Position numbers and translations under genes: made by a program. From Dimorphilus gyrociliatus (lineage: Eukaryota > Animalia > Annelida), in assembly GCA_904063045.1 (NCBI GenBank), contig CAJFCJ010000010.1, positions 930,001 to 994,000 of the forward strand: 64,000 bases of DNA, read 5' to 3'. Positions 39,152 through 52,665 of this stretch are shown here, piece by piece. The notes beneath the pieces were generated by a model. The model did not search any database. It was not told the origin of the DNA and saw nothing but the letters and a program-made list of their open reading frames with translations. Within the stretch, counting starts at the first letter, position 1. The number at the start of each line of letters is the position of its first letter.

Positions 39152-42100
39152 GGAACTTGAGAAAAATTTCAAAAAATGAATCATTATAAAGTCTAGATGG
39201 CATTACTTGTAACTCCTCAATCTATCTATCTATCTATCTATTTTCTTTCTATCTATCTCTCTCTCTCTCTCTCTCTATGCTTATACAATACTCTCCTAAC
39301 CAGAAATTTCTCCATATACAAATCCAATTGTTTACTCCATGTATAAATACATGAACAATATATAAGAGTCATCTGTAAAGTGTATTTTAGATAAAAAGTA
39401 ATCTGTTTTTAAACTGTGTTATATTTCGCATAGTTATCATTTTTAGTTAGTTGAAATAATGTACTATAATAAAAAAATTCTTAAAAAAAGGATGATTTGT
39501 CTATGTCTCTGATGTTGAGTTAAATAAATACACAAATATTTAAAAAAAATCATAAAGGATGCCTTGTTTCTCTTCTATTAATTATTTATCATTGTTTACT
39601 ATCTTTTACTTTCTTTGGAAATTGTCTTTCTTTCTCCTTTTTTTTTGATTTTATTAAATATTAATTAAGATTATCAAACGGATTGTTTTTTAATCCGAGT
39701 TATTTATCTAATTAAAATAATAAAATTAATTATCATAATTTAGTTAGATCAATTAAAATGTAACATTATGGATATTGTTACATTTCGAGATAGTGTCTCA
39801 CTCTCGTAGCCATGTTGTTTTTTCTCCCGAAACTACCTCTTGAATATCAATGAGAAGGTCATTATCATCATATTTCTTTCATTCCCCTAATCTCCATTTT
39901 GGTTTGTCTAGAATAAGGCATAAGCAAATTTCCTGGAAAAGCCTTAAAATTCTGGCTATTTTTACATACCAATTTGATTTTTATGAGCATCCCAATTTCT
40001 TTTCTTTTGTCTCTGGAACAATAGAAAATGATTAATAGGAGTTTTTTCTACATTCTCTATAGCCAGTAACGATTAATTTACATGATAAAACCATTGGTGA
40101 TACGTTTAAACTATGAGTTTTCTCTACATTGTGAAGAAGTCTATCAAAAAAAAAAGGATGAAAAGTTTTTTATTTACCTGGAAAGACGAAAAAGAAGAGG
40201 AGGAAGAGGAAGAAGGTGAGACCTGAAAGAAGAATGAATGGAACAAAATATACTTGTATTAATGCGAGTAATAAAAAGAAATTTACAAATATACAAAAGA
40301 GAGTTTTTTTTAAATTGTAAGCATATATTATATGTAATATATACAAGAGGAAAAGCTTCATTTTAATTAGACATGAGTCCTATTACATTGCTTCAAATCT
40401 TCTAAACAATAATGCAAACATTCTACCACTGAGAAATAATATATACTATTTAATCAATATAAAAGAATTAATGATTTCCATTACCAGAAAAATTGTCAAT
40501 AGAACGTCTGTTTTTTTACTTACATTCGGTATGGGAAGTTTGATAATTAATGATATAGATACGAATAGCTATTTTTTAAAGATTAAAGAAGAGAAATTAT
40601 TCATTTTTATTAAAGGTAAACTAGATTTAAGACAACATCTTGAAGTTTTGGATTAGCTATGAAATGTATCAAAGAAATTTAGTAGAATGGTGCCTTTTTT
40701 TATTCAAACGAAAAAGAAAATAAAGTGAAAAATAGAAAGGTGGATTGGGAAAAAATGACTGAACTCTTATTCTTAAAAGGCTTTAAGAGATGTTAATATA
40801 ATTTGCATACTGCATTCAACTCAATCTGTAAGCCCTTAGAAGATTTTTTTTCTCTTTTATAGAAAAATTCTTGTATTAAGGAATAAAATATTACAAATAA
40901 AATTCCCTTTTGTTTTTGTTATGTCTCTCATTTCTAATCCTTGATCCCACTTCCTCCCCTATCTCCAATCGGTCTTTTTTTACAATTTGATGGATATTTC
41001 ATGTAATTATACTATCGAATTATTCATGCAAGAATGAAAGTTTAATTGAAAATAGCTTTATACAGGTTTTGAAATGTTTCTTTAAGTAGTTTTGTTAATC
41101 CACATGATCATCCTGTCTTATGTGATTCGCCGTCTCTAGTTAATTAGAAATTAGTCACACTATTAGCTGTATATTTACCATTAAACCATTGTTGTTATTA
41201 CTAATTTAACAAACTGAAAGCATTACAGATTCAATGGAAAAATGAGGCATTTTTAAGGATTAGTTATTGGTAAACTGAACAATGTTCTTTGTTCTTTTTA
41301 TTATAATTGCCTAGTTACTTTTAACGGTTGATTGATATATCAATTTAAGATGGATAATTACCCTGTCTGCCTTTGTTTCTCTTTCCTCTTTCCTTTTAAT
41401 CTATAGACCTAAATCTTTGACATCAAATAATTATTGATAGGAGAGTGTTTACCATAAGAGATCCGTCAATGTTAGACTAGGAATATAAATTGAAATCATC
41501 TAGTATTAAACATTTAACTGATAGAAAACGAGGAGTTAAAGAAAAGATCACAAGTAGTACATTGAAGATATTAGCATAAAAGATTGCAATGGGTAAAGTT
41601 AACTCTAAATATTTGAATAATTATAGATACATTTTCAATGATTGTACTGAAATCGGGTAATTTCAAATTTGTTTTATGTCCCATCAACAAAGATTAATGG
41701 ATGATGTCTTACTTATGTATGAATATTTATGTAGAATATACTGTCTCTAGGTGTAAATTGTATATATACTGTATACTGTATAAAAGTAAAATATAAGTAT
41801 ATTTTACTCTTTCTCTCGTTATCTTTTCTCTTCGTTGCAGTTTTTTTCGTCTGTAAGGCAAATAATCCTTCGAGTCTATCTACAATGCTGATAATTTCTT
41901 TTTCTAGTATCAAGTCTTTCTTAACATGTAGGTTTCGTGACCTGAAATATTACTTCACTTAAAGAAGAAGGCGTTAAATTGATTGTTTTTCAATAAAACA
42001 TCTACATTTATCAGTAAATTTACCGTTAAAGTTTAATCGTTAATCCAATACATTCATCACAATTGGTATTATGCTTTATTATCAATACTATTGTATGCTC

Positions 42101-43463
42101 TGTATGGCGAGTTCCTGGCAACGTAGAAGGAAGAAGATAAGATGAGTAAACAACAGAGCAATAATCTTGTCCATGCTAATGCTTATATTCTTCTCTGTTA
42201 CATTTAATTCTTAGATATTGGTTAACAAGCTATTGTTTGTCTTTCTTTCATGTATTGTCCTATAAAATCTGAAGTTAAATGGAACAAAGAAAATTGGATT
42301 TAAAAACAGTTGGGCCTTTATTTCTAATAGTTTAGATAATCCCTGAGGGCATCTGGAAGTAGTTTAGACACCAGAACTAAAGTTTTGTCATTCCGTTCAT
42401 AAAACTCTAAATTAACCCAGTTTTGCAATGTTATTTACTTGTTTATATTTACCGTTTTATTCAAGTTTAATTTATATTTATATCCTGTTCGAAAAGTATT
42501 AATGTGTTCATTATTTATTTTTTGTATTCTTGTTATTTATATTTAATGGATTCAATATTTGAAAAATATGATTATGTTGAAGGAAAGAGAAATTCTTACA
42601 CATCATAAGTAAAATAGAAAATTATACCTTGGCGCGAAATAAGGGTAAATAGCTCTTATTTCATTTGATATTATTCAATATTTCGCATCAAAAATTACTT
42701 GTTAGCTACAGCTGACAGAACATTTTACACGAACAAAGCAAGCAAACATACTGAGGTTTAAATTTCTACTTCAAAATGCGAAAGAGAATATAAAGGAGAA
42801 AAGTCAAGTTAGAGATAAACATAGAAAGAGAGTAAGGATAAGAGAGACAGGCGGACGAGTAGAGTATAGAGAGCTGAGGGTAAAGGGTTATATATACGCC
42901 AAAAAATGCTTGCTTATTTGTCAAATCATTCATTATTGCTCACGAAAAAAGGAAAAAAATTGTTTGTTATTAGCTGGTAGTTTGTCAATCTTTTAAAAAT
43001 ATCTCAACCAGTACCACAGAAAAATAATGTAAAGAAATGCTATTCTTTCCCGTTTATTTATAGAAAGTATTTAGTAATTTTTAGATTTATTTATACAAAG
43101 TCACACAGGGTTATTTATATATTTTATATATTTCCTTTAAAGTTATAGATAGAAATTTTCAGTTGTTGCTTTTTTTTCTTTTTTAAACGATTAGACTTTC
43201 AATTTAATGATTATATTACTTCAATTTATATAAAGGTTTTTCTGTTGTTGTTGAATACTGAAATATATATTGTATATATCTACAGTATATTTAGTATTAT
43301 TGAATGTATATAAAAAAATTATATATAATAAATCTATACCTCTTCATAGGCTTACCCAAGTAGTCAACAGGGGGAGTAAATATCGTCCCCAAACCGAGCC
43401 ACTTTCCAAACAGCCTTTACTTCATAACCTTAAAAACAAAAGAAGAAGCTTCTCTTAGCTAAA

Positions 43464-43860
43464 ATGTTGAATATTACTGGAAATGAGAGTTTATCTAGTT
43501 ACGAAATTTGGTTACATAATTTCTGTTACAAATTACTACTACCACTTATCTTAGGAGCCATTATGTTTATTGGTATTGCAGGTTGTATTTCTTATAAACA
43601 AATTTCTTCTCTTCTTTTTGTTTGCAGTATATATTTTAGAAAATCTAACTTGTTCTAATTCTTTTTTAGGGAACGCTATCGTAGCATTCTTAATATGTTT
43701 CAGGAAGACAATGAGAACAGAGATGAACTTGATGCTGTTGAATTTAGCTATTGCAGATTTAACTTTTTTGACAACTGTTGTACCCGTAACGGCTTATAAG
43801 TAAGATTCGACATTTACATAGATGTTATGTAATCTTCTCTCTTTCTCTATCTCTCTCTCC

Positions 43861-43918
<58 letters not shown>

Positions 43919-44757
43919 AAGTGTAGATTTAGATTTAAACAGTTGTATTAAATATATTTTATTTACATCACAGGCATGCAACGGATTCTTGGTTACTCGG
44001 TGATGTTGCTTGTAAACTATTACATTTTTTGTTATACGTTACATGTTTTGTAACAATTTATACTCTTGTTATAATTGCAGTTTACCGTTATGCTATTATT
44101 GTACAAGATTTAATTTGTTCAAAAGTTAAAGTGTGCTTTATACTCTTTTTTCTTTGGTTAATTGTTATATTATCTTGCATCCCTATTCTACTTATATATA
44201 GGGTTGAAAAATTTGAAATGCCGCCTTACGAACCGTATTGTTATTGTCATTTAGTAGAAAAGGGTAAGAATTCTTATCCTTTAACTCTAGGATTTTTTAT
44301 ACTTGGTTATGTTTTTCCATTGTTTATGATTGTTACATTGTATTTATTGATTTATAAATATTTAGAATTAATGGAAAAGAAGCCAACACTGAAATTCAAT
44401 GATAATATAAAAAGATCAAATCAGATTGCAAAAGTTTTAGCAATTGTTGTCCTAGTATTTGCAGTTTGTTGGCTACCGCTACATGTGTTTCTATTATATG
44501 TTAATTTTACTAAACACGTAACCTTTTCTCTCTCGTTCAACCTAATTTTAATAATAACTCATGCATGTGCCTATTCAAATTCGGCTATAAATCCAATAAT
44601 TTATAGTTTTGTAAGTAAAGAATTTAGAGATGCATTTAAAGGAATCCTTTACAATCCTTTCCGTTCGAAATTCTTCGCTAGAGATTCTTCTACAGGTGAA
44701 CGTCTAAACACGGATCAAGATCAGGCTGGACAAACTCAACATTGTATAATAGAATAG
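43464..44757 (+). CDS. Class A peptide GPCR, galanin/allatostatin-A receptor-like, about 343 aa
   Basis: Exons 43464-43581, 43670-43799, 43974-44757. N-glycosylation sites NIT and NES; TM1 GIAGNAIV; TM2 LLNLAIADLTF; WLLGDVACK; TM3 end AVYRY; TM5 GYVFP; TM6 FAVCWLPLH; TM7 NSAINPIIY; helix 8 SKEFRDAF. Confidence 0.88.
43851..43913. repeat. (CT)n microsatellite in GPCR intron 2
   Basis: Direct reading. Confidence 0.95.
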
Positions 44758-45337
44758 TCAAATATTCATAACTCTTATAAGATTACAAAGGAAAATTTGT
44801 CGTTTTGGTGGAAACTTATCACTCTATCTAGTATTCGTGCTCTCTTCTGCTAAATGTAATTTAATATTCTCGTGCTAACTTATTTTCCTATTGAATATTC
44901 ATTTATTCAAAGTGATACAATTTGAAATAAAAATTATGTATTTTACAGAGAGAAAATCAACGAAATAGCTTTAGCATTTATTTTAGTAAAATCAATTAAT
45001 TAAAGTCCCTTATCCTACGTCAATAAATCGCAATCTAAACTCGCAAATAATCATGAATATTCGTAATAATTTCAAATTAATATAAACAGATGAGTAACTT
45101 AACATTCTACATAAGTTTTTGGGTATTTAGAATGTTTTATTTAAGGAAATCCCTTTAGAAAAACTGTATTAAAGCAAGACACGACTGATCTGACAACGCT
45201 AATAGTTGGGCTTCTTATGCTAAAATGGTACTTTCCTTTTTCAATTTTCTACCAGTTATATAGCTTATTCCTATTAAAAACCATGAAAATGATACTGTAA
45301 TAATATTAAAAATAATAATGATTGAAATAAAATAATT

Positions 45338-45348
45338 AGCGCCATCTA
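45338..45348 (-). promoter_or_regulatory. CTCF-like motif (AGCGCCATCTA on +) about 460 bp upstream of the SMase ATG
   Basis: Direct reading. Confidence 0.5.
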
Positions 45349-45801
45349 TCTTTAAAGGTGTAAGTAGTAAGCTAACTCAGAGCTGTAAGTCAAAGATAAC
45401 AGATTTTCTTAGAATTGACGCACAAAGGCGTAAAATTATAACATTGTTGTTCTCTTTTAAAATGATAAAAAGGATGTTTTAGATACGTTTATTATAATTA
45501 TTCCTATTTGATTCAAGAATTGAAGATAATTTAGGAAAAGAGTACGATTTAACAATCATTCTTACATAAGAATATTAAGGTTTTGAAGATACTTCCCTCT
45601 CTAGTAATAAGTTTTATGTTGGAGATGATAAATTATTAGCTAAATGCTATTAGTAGAAATATTAATAATGGAATTTGTCATATTTGTTGCACAAAAAGTG
45701 AACATTTTCTTAAAGCGTGAGAAATAGCAGTTTGTTAGATACGTTCGTTTCTAATTTTTATGTTGTTATTAAAGATTTCTTCCTTAAAGGATTGAAGAGA
45801 A

Positions 45802-47055
45802 ATGGCAAGAGTTTTAATCTATTTCTTAATATCCTATCTTCTGAATGTAGTAGATTCAAACTGCTCGGAAGGTTGTCTTCCAAATTTTTCTTGTAACCCA
45901 TACGATAACAAATGCTACGAGAATCCAACGCCAAGTACAAGGCCATCAGTATGGTTGGGTGAAGCTCCAGACAAATGTGACAGAACGGAAAAGCATTGTG
46001 AATTGTTTGGCTTAAACTATGATTCCTCTCATCCGAAAGGTGATGGGGAATTTTGTAGAAACGGTACAAAAGTGAGATGCTTAGTTCAGGAGAACATCGA
46101 TCTGGAAACCACGCCATCAAATGAATTTCGTTATGTGACATATAACATCTTTGAAAGGGATTTTGCTATAACTTACGATGGTCAACGAGAAAGATCATGT
46201 CGTATAATTTACTGGATGATTAGAAATCATCCAAATATAGATGCATTTTCATTCCAAGAGACTTTTATGGGCGGCTGCTTTTCAGACGATAATCTAACTT
46301 TAAGGGATATGTTAACCTATTATGGTTTTGAATATTATACGCAAACAATTGAATCCGATTCTCAACCATCGAATGGAGGAATATTTATTGCTTCGAGATG
46401 GCCAATAGCCTTTAATTCAAGTTATGTGTATACTAATTACAAACCAGACTCTTGGGATTCTTTCGCCGCTAAAGGAATTGTCTATGCAAAAGTTATTAAA
46501 ACTGTTAACCAAAAGGCTGAAATATATCATTTGGGTGGTACGCATTTACAGTCTGGTAAGCCAAAAACTTATCAAAGTCAACAATGTAAAGAAATAGCTG
46601 AATTTTTTGGAAATTTAAGTATACCTGAAACAGAGGCTGTTCTCATTGGAGGTGATTTTAACCTGAATCAATTATTATCAAACGATACAGAGGAAACTGA
46701 GAATTTGATCAAGTGTATGGAATATTTAAATGCTAACATTCCAGTAAATACTGGACCACTAAACGCAACTACCGATCCTACTACTAATGATCTATTGCAA
46801 ATTTTAAAACCTAATAAAACCAAAAAGAATTGGATAGATTATGTTCTTCCAAGTATATCCTTTAAAAAACCAATTGAATCAAGTCAAACAGTTCTTCAAC
46901 CGAAAGCTAGTGAAAAGTTTCCCATATGCTTATGTGAAAGATGCATTCCGTTGGACGACTACATTTACCCGGATGACCCTGAATGCGGGAGAGTTGTAAA
47001 AATAAGTCATCTTGCGGATCATTATCCCGTTCTTGGTAAATTTGTATTTCAATAA
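45802..47055 (+). CDS. Secreted neutral sphingomyelinase C-like enzyme (DNase I/EEP fold) with Cys-rich N-terminal extension, intronless, 417 aa
   Basis: Single ORF; signal MARVLIYFLISYLLNVVDS; motifs YVTYNIF, FSFQETF, NGGIFIASRWPI, AAKGIVYAKV, HLGGTHLQS, LIGGDFN, WIDYVL, ADHYPVLG, typical of the bacterial SMase C/beta-haemolysin subgroup. Confidence 0.85.
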   Translation: MARVLIYFLISYLLNVVDSNCSEGCLPNFSCNPYDNKCYENPTPSTRPSVWLGEAPDKCDRTEKHCELFGLNYDSSHPKGDGEFCRNGTKVRCLVQENIDLETTPSNEFRYVTYNIFERDFAITYDGQRERSCRIIYWMIRNHPNIDAFSFQETFMGGCFSDDNLTLRDMLTYYGFEYYTQTIESDSQPSNGGIFIASRWPIAFNSSYVYTNYKPDSWDSFAAKGIVYAKVIKTVNQKAEIYHLGGTHLQSGKPKTYQSQQCKEIAEFFGNLSIPETEAVLIGGDFNLNQLLSNDTEETENLIKCMEYLNANIPVNTGPLNATTDPTTNDLLQILKPNKTKKNWIDYVLPSISFKKPIESSQTVLQPKASEKFPICLCERCIPLDDYIYPDDPECGRVVKISHLADHYPVLGKFVFQ

Positions 47056-49035
47056 ATAAAAACTAACGCTTTAAATAATCTATTTAGATGTAAAAACAAA
47101 ACGCATTTTTCATGGTAAAATAAACATTTTACGTCATAATCTATAGTTAATCCTTTAATCTATGTACTTGCTAATCTCTATATTACCTAGAACGAGTTTA
47201 AATAGTATATTCCAGATTTCTGTAATTGTCTCTTTCCTCCTCAAGTTATCAAGTAGTGTATCATCCTTAAATGAACTTTTAAATTCATTTGAATATGTAT
47301 TTTAAGCACAATTAATCAAGGTTCTAGGATAAAAATAGAACTGAATGTTTCGGATTTCACCTATGAAAATCTAAGGTTTTCTTAAATAAATATCTTTCGG
47401 AAAATGCTACTTTACAATACACGCTTTACTCTCTTTTGAAGATCTAGATAATATATAACGCTTTAGAAAGGGAGATTTTAAATAGGGTCTTGCGTTAGAT
47501 TATCCTTTGAACAAAAAATTGGGTAAAAAATATCTATCAATTTGGTTCCTTATTTCATTTAGAGCTACGAATTTCAAGGATAATTAAATTAATTTAAGCA
47601 TTTTTAGATAATTTATAGTTGAAAGGTTCGTTTGAGTTCTGGAATTTGAGATCTATTTTAGGCTTGATCAAGTTTATCTCTAAAATTTTTTCTTTTCTTA
47701 TAGATGAAGACAAAGAAGAAAACATTCTATCTCTTATTCTTTTCTTTATTCTATTTTAATATCTGTAATAACAGTATAAAAACGTATTTATAGTCCAATA
47801 TTTGTAAACACAATGCACACTACTATTAAATAAATTAGAAGCGCATTTATGTAAATATATGTATATAAAGCATATATATATACTGCAATAGCCTTAAATA
47901 ACCAAGGACAATTGATATCCGAAGGGAATATTAAAACTTTTCTCTAAATTCGTATTCTTTTTGTTATTTCTTTCTTTGGTATATCTTTCTTGTTTTAATA
48001 CATAGGTTAGTATAACCTATGATATATACTAAATATAAGCATATACATATACAGTATATATATATATATATATATATATTGTATATAACAGATATAGCTA
48101 TCGTCTAACATTACGTAATTGTGGAATATAAGAAAGATTATTGATATAGGTTACACTTTTTTATAGAGTGAAGATACTAATGACTTGTTCTCGTATATCA
48201 ATAATACTAGCTAACTAAGTATGGAGAGGAAAGCCATCAACTATATAAAATGTATACGTACAAAATTTCACTTCCTACCAATGAACTGTTAGAGTAACGT
48301 TTACTGTTGTGTAAACCTATTGAATGGAGAAAATGCAGCGGAAATATCTATACACTTATCATAAAAACTATAAATCGTATTAATAAGTCTTGTATATTAT
48401 AACTTAAGTAAACAAGAAGGAAATCAGTTGAGAAATGTTCTTTAGTTTTTATATTAAGAATCTTTCCTATAAATACTTTAATAAATACGATTAAAAAAAG
48501 AGAAGAAAAGAATGATTATCGAAATCTGTACATGATTTCACCTTTGATTATAAACACTTATTGACTTTATACATTTGTTCTTAATAAATATTTTATTAAT
48601 TTCTCTTATAATTTTTATCAATGAAAATATTCTATAACATTTAATATATCAAGCTAAAATTTTGTAATTATTAATGATTTATATTTTAAAAAAATAGGTC
48701 AAATATAAAGATCCATCTTTTATAAAAAACATAATCAGCAAGTATAATTTACATTGTATTAAATAACTGAATTTAGAACTTTTTTATCATTTAAAAAAAC
48801 ATTGATTGACTAGTTAACTTTTATTTACGTTTGTTCAATAAATTGGTGAATGAATATTTTCAAGTTGGATTTTATGGAATATTTATTCAGTTTGCTTGAA
48901 TCTGATCTATTTTATTGAATTTTATTGAAAAAAATTGCTTTGTCGCTTCAATTAATCATAAGCTATTGTCATCTTGACTCGCTATCTCCTTCTTTTGTCT
49001 TTTCTTCCTTTTCTTCCCCAAAACTTTTAATATTC

Positions 49036-52000
49036 ATGAAAGCATTTGTGAACATTTTATTTATATTCTCTATTAGTACACTAACACTCTGCGGTAAGCT
49101 TTTTTATAGTTGATGATACTTTTAAGGACAATTGATTGAAATATAGGTTCTACTTGTCAAAGAGATGAGGATTGCTCATACAATGGATTATGCATTGTTG
49201 GAAAGTGCAGCTGCAGCTATCCATTGAATGGAACAATTTGCAACTATGGTAATTAATAAAATAAGTATTCTATCTTATGTAATTAAGTTATTCATGGACA
49301 ACTCAAGGAACCAAGATAAAATTCTATTTTCAACAACAAAGTTATGGTTCATCAATAGGATCAGAAATTCCAGTTAAAAACACTTCGGAATGCTTTGAAA
49401 TTTGTCTCTCTATAGATATATGTGTTGGATTTTTCCTCTACTATAATAATAATATAAATCATATGAAGTGCTTTTTGAAAAGTCAAATTAACTATCCATT
49501 AACTTTTCATAGCAATGAGGATATAATTACTGTTATTTTAACTGGTAATAGAATTAACACAAAGCATTTACCTTCTTAAGCGTATACCATTTTATTTTCA
49601 TTATCTTATAATTAGATAAAAAGCTTGGAATTTGTGGTAGTGAAACAATCTATACTGAACATCATTTAGAATGTTTAGAATTTCTATGGAAAAAGCATGG
49701 ATGCTCTAATTTTGGATTAAAATTTTCTGAAAATCTACCAAAATGGATGTCTAACATGACTACAAAAGAAATTGAAGACGATATGATAAATGTTCTGTTA
49801 CCACCAACCTTTTACATAAATACAAATGTTCAACCTAATAATTCAAGATGGTATCGTTACAGCTGCTTTGGACCTGGTTCAAAGGGTCATTACAACATAG
49901 CAGCTTTTAAAGATACTATAGTATCGAATCTTATTTCTCAAGACGATTTGTATCATCATTCTCATGTCGTTGATGGAACTTCACTTAGCGATATTAATTT
50001 AGGGAGTTGTACCAGAATGCCGTCTTCTAACCCTTGGATTGCCATTGATTTAAGAGAAATATACGATATAAGAACGATTGAAATCATTCCACCGAATTGC
50101 TGCAGTAATATTATCAAATAGCTTATCAATATTTATATATATACTGTATATTAATAATTACTATTAACTCGTTCAATTTCCGTTAAAGGTCAAAATCAAA
50201 CTATTAGCGTCTACGCCTTTAGTACAGATAAATTTGTACTCAACGATACAGTATATGAAAACGAAATTTGCGATTATGATATTGATTTATTAACTGGATA
50301 TGAGAGAAGAGTTATTGAATGTTTACCAAACTTAAAAGGGGGACGTTTCGTTAAAATTCAAGAAGAATCAAACAATAGCTTAACGTTATGCGAAATTTAT
50401 ATATATACAAGTAATATAATTTAATCATATTTAATCTTTGAGAAACAGATATTCTCTCCTTTATCCATATAGGCGATCTAGCTTTAGGTCAACCTTCATA
50501 CTCTTCGAGCTCTCTCGATGAAACATCCTACCCTGGTGCAGCTGTTAGTGAATATTATAAATTGGGAGAATGCTTTGTTTCCATTGTGGAAGAAAGTCAT
50601 CAATGGTTATCTGTTTATTTAGGTGGATTCTATCTTATTAGAAGTGCCGCTCTACTAACAAAAAGTTTGCATGACTTGGAAATTTTTCTAACAAGACAAC
50701 ATCCTGGTCTATTTTGGCCTCCTTTAGAGAGAGTTCTATGCAATAAACTAAAGAATATATCTGAAACTAATTTTCCATACATGGTTATTTGTTTAGAGGA
50801 AGCGACTGGTGAATTTATAGTTGTTTATAGTTTAAAGGACTTGCATGTTTGTCAACTACAAGTTTGGGGTGAGAAGTTAACTAAATCAGGTTTAGTATGA
50901 TTTTTAATAACAGTTTAGCCTTATATTTTAGTATTTTAACGATTTTATTATAATTTTATTGATATGTCTTTTAGGAGAGAATACAAAAAATATTGCCTTG
51001 CATAGACCAGTAGCGCTATCTAGCGTACATGACCAGAAATATTCTCTGAGCTACTTTGCAACGGATGGATTATCTGATTCAAATATGGCAGCTACTGCTC
51101 AAGAAGATAATCCATGGATAAGCGTTGATCTCTTGAGGGTTTATTCCGTTAAAAATATAGGTATACTTATTAGGGCGGCAAAATCGGGTGAGGAATGGTT
51201 TTTGCATAAATCTATTACTTTATGACATTTATCATAAATCATTTGCGAAGCAGTTCTAGGAAGATATCGAAGAATAAGAGGTCACGTTGGAATTGATATA
51301 ATAAATTATGAAAACGTCTCTATTAATGGAAACTGTTTTATTGAAAATGGAACAGATAGCAAAACCATCCTAAAAGGCTCATACAAATTTTGGAACTGTT
51401 CTAATGAAGGCCAAAGGGGTAGATTCGTTACAATACAATCACTTGACCAATCAGCAATACTTCATATTAATGAACTAGAAGTGTATGGAAGTGTTGATTT
51501 AGTGTACGATTTTCAAAGAATCAAATTTATAAATTGTGAAATAGAGGCTATAGATGATTCTTCGGCAGAAGTTCCGTCAAATCAAAAGTTTCCTATCAAA
51601 ATAATTGATGATATTTTTATTCCATATAGCTTTATCAATCCAATTATTTCCTACATAATAATAAAACATTCTTACGAAAGCAGTATAATTATTTATTTCG
51701 ATGATTTATATTTAGTAAAACAAATTGGCGTTCAACCACTGTATAATCTAAGCACTGGTGAGAATAGATATAAAATTTCTCTATTGATTATTAGATTATT
51801 AAAATGTTACCGGCAGTAAGCGTATTCCTGGAATAAGTGATGAGTTAATGTTTGCAAACTGTACTAGTTTTTTATTTGTAATTATAAAAGATTCTTTATT
51901 AGGTGCGAAAATAAATTCACTTATTACCTAGGTATTAGGTATATTGCCTGGTTCTTTCATTTATTGCTATTGCTACATTTTACTTATATATTTAATGTTT

Positions 52001-52665
52001 TTAAGAAAAATTCAACAACTTTACCGTAAACGTTGAAAGAATTGGTAGAAAGCAAAGGAAATTTTGCAGTTTCTTTTATACGAATAAGACACACCTCTAT
52101 TCTTTAGAGTATTTCAATTGTCCAAACAAAACTTACGGAAATCTCCTTTCTATTTATAGAAGTGACTCGGTCAATTCATTGGTCATAAGTGAGATAATTG
52201 CATTGGGTTTAAAACATGACAATCCTATTGGTAAGCATTCTGTCGTTCTATTTACTATCTATAATATGTAATACTGTTCTACTTCTCAGTTCCCCAGGTT
52301 AACGGGTGTAAGTAGTTCTATGGAAAATTATTTTTAATATTTATGCAATCAATAAAGATTTATTTTTACTAATCCAAGCTCTCTGGATGATATATGGAAC
52401 CAGATGGAAATTACTGAGACGTCTTATTGAACATACATTTTTAAACGTTTCAACTTTAAGAGAATGTTCATCAAGATGCTTAAAAGAAAATTGCGGAAGT
52501 TATTCTTATAGTTTTCAAATTAAAGTTTGTTTATTATCTAAATATGAAATAAATGGAATTGAAGATAAGGATGCTGTTGTTGTTAAAAGTAGACTTTATG
52601 TGACATTTACATATCTAGATGACGAAATTAACAATAAATATTGTTCGTTGAACGCTGTTACTTAA
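49036..52665 (+). CDS. Secreted mosaic protein copy A: EGF-PAN-Cys module-4x F-type-lectin/F5-8C-like-PAN, about 916 aa, 11 exons
   Basis: Exons 49036-49093, 49147-49248, 49308-49544, 49616-50104, 50189-50410, 50473-50868, 50975-51187, 51254-51757, 52006-52230, 52290-52307, 52379-52665 (2751 nt, open). Motifs CQRDEDCSYNGLC, ECFEICLSIDICVGF, ECLEFLWKKHGC, NIAAFK/NIALHRP, PWIAIDL/PWISVDL, LTLCEI, ECSSRCLKENCGSYSY. Confidence 0.8.

Noticed and set aside
45758-46141. 127-aa minus-strand ORF
   Set aside because: Antisense shadow of the SMase CDS; no recognisable features.
51758-52005. Longer intron 8 of copy A with exon-like fragments
   Set aside because: Every candidate acceptor in phase 1 hits a stop; direct splicing 51757 to 52006 keeps the frame, so there is no evidence of an extra exon or of pseudogenisation.
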